Of a stretch of 64,000 bases of DNA, positions 1 to 9,602 are shown piece after piece. The stretch covers positions 130,499 to 194,498 of the forward strand of contig JAFWYK010000010.1 in the NCBI GenBank assembly GCA_017517685.1, read 5' to 3'. Position 1 is the stretch's first letter. Every line of letters begins with the position of its first letter. Both the position numbers and the translations under genes were made by a program. The notes beneath the pieces are model-generated. The model saw nothing but the letters and a program-made list of their open reading frames with translations. It made no database searches and was not told the origin of the DNA. The DNA is from Clostridia bacterium. Lineage in GTDB: Bacteria > Bacillota > Clostridia > TANB77 > CAG-508.

Positions 1-2
1 TT

Positions 3-1577
3 TGTTTTGATGACTTAGAAAGAGCAAATGTAGATGTTATTGATATTTTAGGTTATATTAATAACTTCGTTGAACATGATCATATCAAAACAATTATTAT
101 ATGTAATGAAAAAGAACTTGCTACAAAATTAAAAAGCTCTAATCTTGAAATGAAAACATTTATTGCAACATACCTTTTGGACAAAGAAGGAGATCTTTTA
201 AAATCAGATAAACCAATGGTAGAAAAAATTGGTGAAAAGATTGAACATGTTTTTGATAAAGCAAATGATTATGAAAGAATTAAAGAAAAATTAATTGGTG
301 AGACATTTGAATATGCACCACAATTTAGTTATATTATCAATGGTCTTTTGATGAGATATGAATCAAATCCAGATTTAATAAGATTTTTAAGAGAACATAC
401 AAACTTGATAACTAATACATTTATTAAATCAGGAACAAGAAATTTAAGAATTTTAAAACATGCATTAAATGACTTCAAAAAAATATTTGAAACAGTTAAT
501 AAGTTTTATCCAAATACAAATATTAGAGTATTACAAACGATGCTTATATTTACTATTGCTGTATCATTTGAGATTAAAGCAGGTAAGATAACAAAGGATA
601 AATTTATTAATATTAATTCAAATGAAGAATATAAAGCAATTTTAGTTTCTTCGAGAGTATTAAGTGATAATAGACAATTTTATATTAGAGAATTTGATAA
701 TAACTATTACTTTAATTTTAAAGCTGATTATAGATTCTTTAAATTTATTGAAATGTATGTAAGAACAAGAATATTTGATATGAAAGTATTTAAAACAGAT
801 ATGGAAATGATCATACAAACAATAGATACAGAGAAACTACCAGGATATAAAAGATTATTGACAGAAGAATACTGGAAAATATCAGATGATCAATTCCCAG
901 ATGTAATTGAAGAAGTATTAGAAAATGTAAAAAATGGTGATTTAAAATTAATAGAATTAGTTAAATTATTTGCATACTTTAGTTATTTTTCAAGAAGAAA
1001 ATTAATTGATTATGGAATGGTTGAGATTAAATCTATATTCATGGATGGGATGGAACTTGTTGCTAAGAAATCTGAATATTGTGATAATAAAGATGAAGAG
1101 TTATCAAGAATTGGTATAGATGTTGGGGAAGATATGAATGAAATTTTAAAATACTTCCATGCATTAAATAAAGAATTAAAAGCTCAAATGAATAAAAATA
1201 GAGCTGAAGAGTTATTTAAATGTATACCAATGAAGATGGAACAATTCTATGAAAAATTCTTAACAGAATATATGAATAAACCAATATTAAATTATTATGA
1301 TGTTAATTCAATGATGCAAAGAATTACTTGTGCAAGCAATGAAGATATAGTAAAAATAAAAGAAATGCTTTTAGATAGAGCAAAGAAAAATAGACATGCA
1401 CTAGAACCAGAGTTAAACTTTATTATTACATTAAAATCTGCTTTAGAGATATATTGTAAAGGTAGAGAAACAAGTATAAAGATTGTAATGCTTAAAGAGT
1501 TTGCAAGAGATTTAGGTACTGTTGTTGAAATATTAAAGAATTTACCTAAGAAAACAATTTATAAAAGAAAAATTTAA
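3..1577 (+). CDS. P-loop NTPase-like protein, 5' end outside the window (KAP/STAND-style Walker B segment plus long helical C-terminal region)
   Basis: The ORF track starts at 150, but the same frame is open back to nt 3 (CFDDLERANVDVIDILGYINNFVEHDHIKTIIICNEKEL...), so the gene enters from upstream. hhFDDLER is a Walker-B-type signature as in KAP-family NTPases. I recognise no motif in the remaining 470 aa. Confidence 0.4.
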   Translation, partial: CFDDLERANVDVIDILGYINNFVEHDHIKTIIICNEKELATKLKSSNLEMKTFIATYLLDKEGDLLKSDKPMVEKIGEKIEHVFDKANDYERIKEKLIGETFEYAPQFSYIINGLLMRYESNPDLIRFLREHTNLITNTFIKSGTRNLRILKHALNDFKKIFETVNKFYPNTNIRVLQTMLIFTIAVSFEIKAGKITKDKFININSNEEYKAILVSSRVLSDNRQFYIREFDNNYYFNFKADYRFFKFIEMYVRTRIFDMKVFKTDMEMIIQTIDTEKLPGYKRLLTEEYWKISDDQFPDVIEEVLENVKNGDLKLIELVKLFAYFSYFSRRKLIDYGMVEIKSIFMDGMELVAKKSEYCDNKDEELSRIGIDVGEDMNEILKYFHALNKELKAQMNKNRAEELFKCIPMKMEQFYEKFLTEYMNKPILNYYDVNSMMQRITCASNEDIVKIKEMLLDRAKKNRHALEPELNFIITLKSALEIYCKGRETSIKIVMLKEFARDLGTVVEILKNLPKKTIYKRKI

Positions 1578-1585
1578 TAAAGATT

Positions 1586-1612
1586 AAGGCACTAAAAATA
1601 GTGCCTTTTTTT
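1586..1612 (+). terminator. Rho-independent terminator of the NTPase-like gene
   Basis: Stem AAGGCAC/GTGCCTT with an 8-nt loop, followed by a T-run. Confidence 0.8.
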
Positions 1613-1766
1613 AATCTTAAGGAAACTTTAAGTTTAATTTAAAGTTAAATTAATATTTGAGCTATATAATAAGTCCATAAACAAAAGAAAAGGGGGAGTG
1701 ATAAGAAAACAATGATTATCTTTTTAAGAAAAGTACATAACTAAATCCTCAAGATAATAATGAAAA

Positions 1767-1798
1767 AGATGCTATAAATCCCCGTTATAGCATCTTTT
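1767..1798 (+). promoter_or_regulatory. Terminator-like hairpin in the pyrBI leader (candidate attenuator)
   Basis: 11-bp stem AGATGCTATAA/TTATAGCATCT followed by TTTT, about 100 nt upstream of the pyrB start. Tiny ORFs lie ahead of it (1712..1744) or overlap its 5' arm (1760..1777). Confidence 0.5.
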
Positions 1799-1896
1799 CA
1801 AATTTAGAAAATCTTTTTTATAAAAATAAGATTTAGTCCTTTACAATACATATATTGTTTGATAAAATGATAAAAATTCAAAAAGGAGTATTAAAA

Positions 1897-2811
1897 ATGA
1901 AGCATTTAATCGATATTAAAGATTTGTCAGTAAAAGAAATTGATGATTTGATAGAAGTAGCTAAAGATATTATCAATCACAGAGATAATTATTCTCATAA
2001 ATGTGATGGTAAGAAATTAGCTACTTTATTTTTTGAGCCAAGTACAAGAACAAGATTAAGTTTTGAGGCTGCAATGATGGAATTAGGTGGAAATGTGTTA
2101 GGATTTTCTGAAGCATCATCTAGTTCTGTATCAAAAGGTGAAACTGTAGCAGATACAATTCAAGTTGTTGGATGTTATGCTGATATAATTGCTATGAGAC
2201 ATCCTAAAGAAGGTGCACCATATGTTGCAAGTGTTAAATCAACTGTTCCTATTATTAATGCTGGTGATGGAGGACATAATCATCCAACACAAACATTAAC
2301 AGACCTTCTTACAATTAAATGTGAAAAGGGAAGATTAGATAATTTAACAATTGGTTTATGTGGAGACTTAAAATTTGGTAGAACAGTACATTCATTAATA
2401 ACAGCTATGGCTAGATATAATAATATTAAGATAGTATTAATTTCACCAGATGAATTAAAACTTCCAGAATATGTAAAAAAAGAAGTTTTAGAGAAAAACA
2501 ATATTGAATATGTAGAAACAAAAGATATAGAAGAATATATGTCAGAACTTGATATTTTATATATGACAAGAGTTCAAAAAGAAAGATTTTTTAACGAAGC
2601 AGATTATATTAGATTAAAAGACTATTACATATTAAATAAAGATAAATTAAAAGTTGCTAAGAATGATTTATGTATTATGCATCCACTTCCAAGAGTAAAT
2701 GAAATATCAACAGATGTTGATGATGATCCAAGAGCATGTTATTTTAAACAAGCAAATTATGGAAAATATATAAGAATGGCATTAATATTAAAATTGTTGG
2801 AGGTAAAATAA
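1897..2811 (+). CDS. pyrB: Aspartate carbamoyltransferase catalytic subunit
   Basis: Motifs STRTR, HPTQ and HPLPR. Start moved from the TTG at 1855 to ATG 1897 behind AAAGGAG. Stop abuts the pyrI start. Confidence 0.95.
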   Translation: MKHLIDIKDLSVKEIDDLIEVAKDIINHRDNYSHKCDGKKLATLFFEPSTRTRLSFEAAMMELGGNVLGFSEASSSSVSKGETVADTIQVVGCYADIIAMRHPKEGAPYVASVKSTVPIINAGDGGHNHPTQTLTDLLTIKCEKGRLDNLTIGLCGDLKFGRTVHSLITAMARYNNIKIVLISPDELKLPEYVKKEVLEKNNIEYVETKDIEEYMSELDILYMTRVQKERFFNEADYIRLKDYYILNKDKLKVAKNDLCIMHPLPRVNEISTDVDDDPRACYFKQANYGKYIRMALILKLLEVK

Positions 2812-3237
2812 ATGAATATAGATAGTATAAAAAATGGTTATGTAATTGATCATATCAAAGCTGGTAAAGCTATGAGAATATACGATATATTAGGATTAGC
2901 TGAACTTGATTGTCAAGTTGCATTAATTACAAACGCTAAAAGTAAAAAACAAGGCAAAAAAGATATTATTAAAATTGACAAAGATATTCCACTTAATTTA
3001 GATGCTTTAGGATTTATAGATCACAATATCACAGTTAACGTTGTTAAAGATGATATTATAGTAGAAAAAAGAAAATTAAATTTACCACAAAGAGTTGTTA
3101 ATGTTGCTAAATGTACAAATCCAAGATGCATAACATCAATTGAAAAAGATTTAGATCAAGTATTCAACTTAACAGATAAAGAAAATGAAGTATATAGATG
3201 TTTATATTGCGAATCTAGCTTAAAAAATAAAGAATAG
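2812..3237 (+). CDS. pyrI: Aspartate carbamoyltransferase regulatory subunit
   Basis: 141 aa directly coupled to pyrB. C-terminal Zn-cysteine pairs CTNPRC and CLYC are typical of PyrI. Confidence 0.9.
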   Translation: MNIDSIKNGYVIDHIKAGKAMRIYDILGLAELDCQVALITNAKSKKQGKKDIIKIDKDIPLNLDALGFIDHNITVNVVKDDIIVEKRKLNLPQRVVNVAKCTNPRCITSIEKDLDQVFNLTDKENEVYRCLYCESSLKNKE

Positions 3238-3356
3238 TTAAAAGATATTGACCTTATAAAAAATAAGGTCAATTTTTTTATTTTGGTTAAAATAAATGCA
3301 TAAATTTTTCCTTATAAGTCATAATAAAATTATAAATACAATATAAGGAGGATTAT

Positions 3357-3911
3357 ATGAAAGCAACAGGCGTTGTAAGAAGAATAGATGATTTAGGAAG
3401 AGTAGTTATACCTAAAGAAATAAGAAAAGTTCATAGAATAAAAGAAGGCGATCCTTTAGAAATTTATACTGATAAAGAAGGAGAAATTATATTAAAGAAA
3501 TATTCTCCAATTGGAGAACTTACTGAATTTGCATCAACATATGCTGATACAATCTCTAAAACAACAGGACATATTGCATGTATTACTGATAAAGATACTG
3601 TAATAGCTGTTTCTGGTGGATTTAAGAAAGATTTACTAGAAAAGAATTTAAGTAAGGAACTTGAAGAGGTAATCGAAAATAAAGAAGTATTTAAAAGTAA
3701 AGAAAATAATGAAATTGCAATTCCAATAACACAAAACGAAGGAAGAGAAAGAATATATAATTCTCAAGTTATATATCCAATAATTACTGATGGAGATGTT
3801 GTTGGTACAGTAATACTTTTATCTAAAGAACCATACAAAAAGATGCTAGAATCAGACGATAAAGTTGCACAATCTGCAGCTAGCTTTTTAGGAAATCATT
3901 TAGAAATTTAA
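3357..3911 (+). CDS. spoVT: Stage V sporulation protein T (AbrB-type swapped-hairpin N-domain plus GAF-like C-domain)
   Basis: N-terminus MKATGVVRRIDDLGRVVIPKEIRK..GDPLEIY is near-identical in pattern to Bacillus SpoVT. 184 aa, SD AAGGAGG. Confidence 0.9.
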   Translation: MKATGVVRRIDDLGRVVIPKEIRKVHRIKEGDPLEIYTDKEGEIILKKYSPIGELTEFASTYADTISKTTGHIACITDKDTVIAVSGGFKKDLLEKNLSKELEEVIENKEVFKSKENNEIAIPITQNEGRERIYNSQVIYPIITDGDVVGTVILLSKEPYKKMLESDDKVAQSAASFLGNHLEI

Positions 3912-4073
3912 CTTACAAAAGGGACTTAAAATCTTAAGTTCCTTTTTGACTTTTTGTTATCAATTTGTGTTATTAATGTAACAGAAAATTTATAGTAAAT
4001 TATGGAAAATAATGGTATTATTTTTATACAAAGAAAGAATGGCAAGATTATGTCATTTAAAGGGGGAAAACTT

Positions 4074-4580
4074 ATGGAATCTAAAGATATTAAAGTATTA
4101 GAAGAATTAGCTGGAAAAGGTGACGTTGGAGCACTTTGCAAATTAGGAGAAATGTACTTAACAGGTAATGGTGTTGGAGTAAACTTTGAAAAAGCAAAAG
4201 GATTATTTGAAGAAGCTTCAGCAAAAGGATCAAATGGAGCTAATTATAATTTAGGAAAAATGTACTACAATGGAACAGGTGTAGGAACAAACCATGTAAA
4301 AGCAAAAGAATATTTTGAAAAATCAGCTAGTGCAGATAATGTATTTTCTAAATATTATTTAGGAAAATTATATTATTGGGGAGATGGTGTAGAAAAAGAT
4401 TACACTAAAGCTAATGAATATAAAGTATCTATTTTAAATAGACCAATTTATTCAAATCAAGAAGCTGGACTTGAAGAATTCTATAGCTTAACAGATTTTG
4501 AAAAAGTAACAAAAGATTATGTTGGTGCTTTACAAAATAAAGTTTTAACAGAATACAAAAACCTTTATGGTGAAGAATAA
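4074..4580 (+). CDS. Sel1-repeat (TPR-like) protein
   Basis: Repeated G.G(V)..(N/D)..KA.E(Y/L)FEKAA motifs (Sel1/SLR). Start placed at ATG 4074 behind AAAGGGGGA rather than 4002. Confidence 0.75.
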   Translation: MESKDIKVLEELAGKGDVGALCKLGEMYLTGNGVGVNFEKAKGLFEEASAKGSNGANYNLGKMYYNGTGVGTNHVKAKEYFEKSASADNVFSKYYLGKLYYWGDGVEKDYTKANEYKVSILNRPIYSNQEAGLEEFYSLTDFEKVTKDYVGALQNKVLTEYKNLYGEE

Positions 4581-4638
4581 TATTTTTAGATGATTTAATA
4601 TATAGATTATCTAAAAGTAGATAATCAAAAATGTTTTC

Positions 4639-4667
4639 AAAGAGCTAATTTAATTAGCTCTTTTTTG
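4639..4667 (+). terminator. Terminator of the Sel1 gene
   Basis: AAAGAGCTAAT/ATTAGCTCTTT hairpin followed by a T-run. Confidence 0.8.
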
Positions 4668-4695
4668 CGTGTGATACCATAAAATAAAGGAAATA

Positions 4696-4724
4696 TTGCA
4701 AAACTTTACATAATATGGTATAAT
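4696..4724 (+). promoter_or_regulatory. Sigma-A-type promoter of GC-rich cassette A
   Basis: TTGCAA, 17 nt, TATAAT, with TGG immediately upstream (extended -10). About 90-nt leader to ATG 4815. Confidence 0.65.
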
Positions 4725-4814
4725 AGTAACGTATGACAAAATTACACTGGCTGTGGAAATTGTCTGCAATAGTACATTGAAAAAACTTTTAATAACAGAA
4801 AGGATGATTGCCCA

Positions 4815-6650
4815 ATGATGAAAACGAAAACCCCTGGCAAGACAACAGCGACTCCTGAGAATGTTCTGATGATGAAGAACTATAAGCCTGGCTTCTTCAA
4901 GCCTGCTAGAACCATCATCGAATATGAGGGAATTACCCGTACGGATCGCGATGCGATAGTGAAGCTCTATGAAGCTTTGGTACCGAAAGATACGCAGCGC
5001 ACTATCAATCTTCGGATGATGGTTGAAGAAGCGTTCCCGAAATTTGAAGAGACTATTGGTGAGGCGAACTTCACTAAGGTTAAGAAGTATTTCGGTATCG
5101 GTGTCAAAAAGCCCAATAAGGGAGCACTTCGCGAAGGCGAGATCAATGCCATGATTGGCAAACTCAGAACCATTGAGAATGCTCAGTACTACATTACCGG
5201 CTTTGCAGAACTCATCGAGAAGATTGCAAATAAGCTTGGTGGTGCGCCTGAAGCAATGACCAGCCTTGAAAAGGCAAAGGTCGTACGTATGTTTATGGTG
5301 ATTTTCGCTGGTTATTTCTATTTCATTGAAGATTGTAATTACAGAAGAAATGGAGATACCATCGAGACCATCATCAACTATGCCAAGGTGCCGGATCTTA
5401 ACAGATTCCCGTTCCATCCTGAAGAACTCTTTGTGCTGTATGATTACAAGCTCAAGACCTACAGTGATAACGGAATCATTTACGACATCGTACAGATGGA
5501 AGTTATGGATCTGGACAAGAGAACCAGAAATGAACTGCTTACATTCGCAGAACTCAAGCTTGATCCTGAGAAGGAATTTGTTTCTGTGAATGAAACGGTA
5601 GCCTGCCAGACTTTTGGCAGCGTAAGAACCCTGAAGAGAAAAGTGCATCAGGAGCCTGGTGTATTCCCGATGGAGATCTTTACATGCAGAGACATGTTCG
5701 TCAAGATCGATTTTGACGATCTGTACGCTGTGTATAAAGCACTTAGATCTTTCCCACTCGAGAATTTCCCGACTGTGGACAGAGATGTTCCGGTATATGA
5801 GGGATCCAGATTGGTGCATAATAAGCACACATGCTATGAGATTATCAAAGGCATGGAAATCGCAGGACCGGCCGAAGCTAATCGTTTCGTAAGACTCATG
5901 GAGTATGCTATTACTGCCAATTACAATATTCCTGTTCGTCATGACAAGGATGGCAAGGAGCTTCCTATTGAGGAAGTTAAGTTCTATAATGCAAGGAATT
6001 ACCTGGCAGCCATTAAGTTTGCGAACGCAATGGGATATCTGGATGCATACACCGAGGTTGAAAGGGATTACGAAGTTGCAGAAATTCTTATTGAAAGAGA
6101 TGTGGATGATGGCTTGAAGCGCTATATTCACGGCGAGATCAATGAGATGCAGTTGAAGGAAATCCTGGAGATCGATGATCAGTTTGAAGAAGATGCCTTT
6201 GGTATCACTCATGAAGCTCCTCGAGCACCTATCGAAGAAATTGTACTTGCTTTTGCTATTGATAATGGCTATCTCGAGGAAAAGGCTGAGACCACGATGC
6301 AGCTGATTACTGAGGTGGTTTTGCCTGGTAATGAAGAGTTCTTTGAGCAGTATGAAAGCGGCGAAATCGACGCTCAGACCCTGGAAGGTAAGATTGGATT
6401 TGAAGATGAGTTTGCAGAGATGTATTTTGACGCCGAGAAGATTGACGTTACAGCTATCGAAAGTAAACTCCAGGATATGAAGCGTTCTATGGCCGACAAG
6501 AAAAAGATGCAGAAATCTGCATTGGCAATCTCTCTTTACTGTTATGTAGTTGAAGAGCAGATTCCGTGCGGAACGAAGAAGAAGGCTCCTAAGAGAAATA
6601 AGGGCCTGAAGCCTTCTAACTTGAAGGCACTTATCGCAAAATCTGCATAA
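4815..6650 (+). CDS. Hypothetical 611-aa protein, compositionally foreign (cassette A)
   Basis: Long ORF at about 43-47% GC in sampled lines, in a roughly 30% GC background. Codon usage is CTG/AAG/GAG/ATC-rich, with zero TTA/CTA/TCA codons. It has its own promoter, SD (GAAAGGA) and GC-rich terminator. I recognise no motif. Confidence 0.85.
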   Translation: MMKTKTPGKTTATPENVLMMKNYKPGFFKPARTIIEYEGITRTDRDAIVKLYEALVPKDTQRTINLRMMVEEAFPKFEETIGEANFTKVKKYFGIGVKKPNKGALREGEINAMIGKLRTIENAQYYITGFAELIEKIANKLGGAPEAMTSLEKAKVVRMFMVIFAGYFYFIEDCNYRRNGDTIETIINYAKVPDLNRFPFHPEELFVLYDYKLKTYSDNGIIYDIVQMEVMDLDKRTRNELLTFAELKLDPEKEFVSVNETVACQTFGSVRTLKRKVHQEPGVFPMEIFTCRDMFVKIDFDDLYAVYKALRSFPLENFPTVDRDVPVYEGSRLVHNKHTCYEIIKGMEIAGPAEANRFVRLMEYAITANYNIPVRHDKDGKELPIEEVKFYNARNYLAAIKFANAMGYLDAYTEVERDYEVAEILIERDVDDGLKRYIHGEINEMQLKEILEIDDQFEEDAFGITHEAPRAPIEEIVLAFAIDNGYLEEKAETTMQLITEVVLPGNEEFFEQYESGEIDAQTLEGKIGFEDEFAEMYFDAEKIDVTAIESKLQDMKRSMADKKKMQKSALAISLYCYVVEEQIPCGTKKKAPKRNKGLKPSNLKALIAKSA

Positions 6651-6670
6651 GACAAATCAAAACCACAGCA

Positions 6671-6709
6671 ACCGCCGTCTGGACAATTCCAGATGGCGGT
6701 TTTCTTTTT
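6671..6709 (+). terminator. Terminator of cassette A
   Basis: ACCGCCGTCTGG/CCAGATGGCGGT stem followed by TTTTCTTTTT. Confidence 0.85.
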
Positions 6710-6806
6710 GTTTTACATAATTTGTTTTGCTTAAATACTTGAAAAATATGCTATTTTATAATATAATTACAAATGTTATTTTAGAAGAAATTAAAGGAGA
6801 AGAATT

Positions 6807-8558
6807 ATGAAAGCTATAGAAATTAGAAACAAATACTTAAACTTTTTCAAAAATCATGGACATAGTGTGATTCCATCAGCGCCAGTAATTCCAGAAAACG
6901 ATCCATCTGTTTTATTTACAACAGCTGGAATGCAACCATTAGTACCATATCTTTTAGGACAAAAACACCCAGCTGGAACACGTTTAACAGATTTTCAAAA
7001 ATGTGTTAGAACTAATGATATAGATGAAGTTGGAGATAATAGACACTTAACATATTTTGAAATGTTAGGAAACTGGTCTTTAGGTGATTATTTTAAAGAA
7101 GAATCAATTGCAATGAGTTATGAATTCTTAACAAAAGAATTAGAAATTCCACAAGAAAAATTATCAGTAACATGTTTTGCTGGTGATGAAGATTGTAGTA
7201 GAGACGAAGTTGCGTATGCTGCATGGAGAAAAGCTGGTATACCAGATGAAAGAATTTATTTCTTTGGTAAAGATGATAACTGGTGGATAGCAGGAGAAGA
7301 AGGACCTTGTGGACCTGATACAGAAATGTTCTATGACACAGGAAAAGAAAAATGTTCTGAAGAATGTAATCCTTCTTGTGGTTGTGGAAAATATGTTGAG
7401 ATTTGGAATAACGTTTTTATGGAATTCTATAAAGATAAAAATGGATATTCTAAATTATCACAACAAAACGTTGATACAGGTTTAGGACTTGAAAGAATGG
7501 CTATGCTTTTACAAGGCAAAGAAACTCCTTTTGAAATAGAATTATTTGCTCCAGTAATGGAAAAATTAGTTGAGTTACAATCAAAAGATTTAATTCAAAG
7601 TAGAAGAATTGTTGCTGAACATTTACGTTCAAGCATGATGATTATCAATGATGGTGGAAGACCAAGTAATGTTGATAGAGGATATATTTTAAGAAGATTA
7701 TTAAGAAGAATGACAAGACATTTAAATAAATTAGAAATTAATTTAGATGAACTTGCTACAATTATTGATATTTCAATTGATAGTTTAAAAGAACTATATC
7801 CAGAATTAGATGCTAATAGAAATACAATTAAAGAAGTTATTATTGAAGAAAAAAATAAATTCATGAAAACACTTCAAAATGGTGAAAGAGAATTTGAAAA
7901 AGTTGCAAATAGAACAAAAAATGCAGGTAAAACAGTACTTGATACTCAAGCTGTATTTAATCTATATGAAACATATGGATTCCCACCAGAAATGACAGAA
8001 GAGTTAGCTCAAGAACAAGGATTAAAAGTTGATATGTCTGATTATCAAAGATTATTTGAAGAACATCAAGCAAAATCAAGACTTGGAAGTGAGCAAAAAT
8101 TTAAAGGTGGTCTTGCATCAAGTGGTGAAATGGAAACTAAATATCATACAGCAACACATCTTTTAAATGCAGCACTAAAAGTTGTATTAGGTGATCATGT
8201 TCACCAAAAAGGAAGTAATATTACTGCTGAGAGAATGAGATTTGATTTTTCTCATGGTGCAAAAATGACTGATGAAGAAAAACAAAAAGCAGAAGATTTA
8301 GTAAATGAATATATTGCTAAAGATATTCCAGTTGAAAAAATGGAAATGAAAAAAGAAGAAGCTATTAGTTTGGGAGCTGAAGCTATGTTCTTAGATAAAT
8401 ATGGTGACATAGTTACAGTTTATAAAATAGGTGATTTCTCAATAGAATTATGTGGTGGACCTCATGTTGAAAGAACAGGTGAATTAGGACACTTTAAAAT
8501 AAAAAAAGAGGAAGCATCATCATCAGGGGTAAGAAGAATTAAAGCAATACTTGAATAA
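6807..8558 (+). CDS. alaS: Alanine--tRNA ligase, short form lacking the C-Ala domain
   Basis: Class II AlaRS N-terminal core (FTTAGMQP, GNWSLGDYFK, WNNVFMEF). Editing-domain Zn motifs HTATHLL and CGGPHV. Only 583 aa, ending right after the editing domain. Confidence 0.85.
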   Translation: MKAIEIRNKYLNFFKNHGHSVIPSAPVIPENDPSVLFTTAGMQPLVPYLLGQKHPAGTRLTDFQKCVRTNDIDEVGDNRHLTYFEMLGNWSLGDYFKEESIAMSYEFLTKELEIPQEKLSVTCFAGDEDCSRDEVAYAAWRKAGIPDERIYFFGKDDNWWIAGEEGPCGPDTEMFYDTGKEKCSEECNPSCGCGKYVEIWNNVFMEFYKDKNGYSKLSQQNVDTGLGLERMAMLLQGKETPFEIELFAPVMEKLVELQSKDLIQSRRIVAEHLRSSMMIINDGGRPSNVDRGYILRRLLRRMTRHLNKLEINLDELATIIDISIDSLKELYPELDANRNTIKEVIIEEKNKFMKTLQNGEREFEKVANRTKNAGKTVLDTQAVFNLYETYGFPPEMTEELAQEQGLKVDMSDYQRLFEEHQAKSRLGSEQKFKGGLASSGEMETKYHTATHLLNAALKVVLGDHVHQKGSNITAERMRFDFSHGAKMTDEEKQKAEDLVNEYIAKDIPVEKMEMKKEEAISLGAEAMFLDKYGDIVTVYKIGDFSIELCGGPHVERTGELGHFKIKKEEASSSGVRRIKAILE

Positions 8559-8689
8559 AAATATAGGATAAGAAGTAATTTTTTGTTACTTCTTATTTTT
8601 TTTATTAATATTATGTAAAATTACTTGTAAATTATATGAATTATATGTAAAATATAAGTAGTATAATTGAAAAACACCGGTTTTTATGG

Positions 8690-8695
8690 TATAAT
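8690..8695 (+). promoter_or_regulatory. -10 box of the sortase gene promoter (TTGAAA 8667..8672, 17 nt, TATAAT)
   Basis: TTGAAA-17-TATAAT with TGG upstream of the -10. Confidence 0.55.
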
Positions 8696-8741
8696 ATAAT
8701 TAAGAAAATGTGTGAAAAATAAGGGATAGGAGAGAAAAATT

Positions 8742-9530
8742 ATGTCTAACAAATATGGTAATTTTTTAACAATGTTTTTAGTAGTTTTAATTGTTGCTAT
8801 TCTAGGTATTTTAGGATATTTTGTGTATGATATGATGCATTCTAAATCAGTAAATGCAAATGCGCAAACAGCTTTAGAACAATTTGAACAAGCAACTTCA
8901 GCAGTAAAGAAAGATAATGCAAGTTTATCGACATCTAAAGATGGAAAAGAAGAAACAAATACTGCTGCAACAAATACAACAAATACAGTTACAAATACAG
9001 CAACAAATGAAACAGGAAATACAGTTTCAAATACTGCAGCTTTAGATAAGTTAAATCAATTTGATAATTATTTAAATGCTACACAACCAGAAACAACAAC
9101 ACCAGATAATGGTGAAACAGAAAAAGTATATATGGAAGATTATGAAGTTTTAGGTAGAATTGAAATACCAAAAACAAAAGTTGATTATCCAATACTTGAA
9201 AATGTTACAAAAAGAAGTTTAGAGATTGCTGTAGGTAAAGCTTATGGACCTGGATTAAACTTACCAGGAAATACAACAATATTTGGACATAATTATAGAA
9301 ATGGACTATTCTTTTCAAATAATAAAAAATTATCAAATGGAGATAAAATTTATATAACAGATGCTCAAGGAAATAAAGTTACATATGTAATTTATAATAT
9401 TTATCAAACAACACCATCTGATGCATCATATATGCAAAGAGAAACAAATGGTAGAAGAGAGATATCATTACAAACATGTACAGATGATAGTTCAGCAAGA
9501 ATTATTATATGGGCAGCAGAGCAAGAATAA
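8742..9530 (+). CDS. Sortase-family transpeptidase, membrane anchored
   Basis: N-terminal TM segment, low-complexity T/N linker, catalytic His (TIFGHNY), Cys in SLQTC (TLxTC-type) and a downstream Arg. Confidence 0.85.
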   Translation: MSNKYGNFLTMFLVVLIVAILGILGYFVYDMMHSKSVNANAQTALEQFEQATSAVKKDNASLSTSKDGKEETNTAATNTTNTVTNTATNETGNTVSNTAALDKLNQFDNYLNATQPETTTPDNGETEKVYMEDYEVLGRIEIPKTKVDYPILENVTKRSLEIAVGKAYGPGLNLPGNTTIFGHNYRNGLFFSNNKKLSNGDKIYITDAQGNKVTYVIYNIYQTTPSDASYMQRETNGRREISLQTCTDDSSARIIIWAAEQE

Positions 9531-9602
9531 AAAAGTAGGACCTTCTAAAGAAGGTCCTTTTGTTATGCAAAAAAAGTGCTATTTTAAAATAGCACTTTTT
9601 AT

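Noticed and set aside
1700-1850. PyrR binding site in the pyrBI leader.
   Set aside because: Only weak similarity to the UCCAGAGAGG-type loop. A covariance-model search would be needed to support it.
4650-6212. 520-aa ORF on the minus strand, antisense to cassette A. Also the smaller internal ORFs 4967..5173, 5326..5589, 5648..5830, 5659..5892 and 5905..6117.
   Set aside because: It is exactly codon-aligned antisense to the 611-aa gene. It is open only because that gene lacks TTA/CTA/TCA codons. It has no SD, runs through the cassette promoter, and its translation is compositionally nonsensical. The plus-strand gene has a promoter, an SD and a terminator.
4668-6760. Terminal inverted repeats or target-site duplications around the GC-rich cassettes (checked A, B and E by eye).
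   Set aside because: I found only trivial T-runs shared between flanks and nothing resembling IS/transposon ends or att sites. The cassettes are therefore not called mobile elements.
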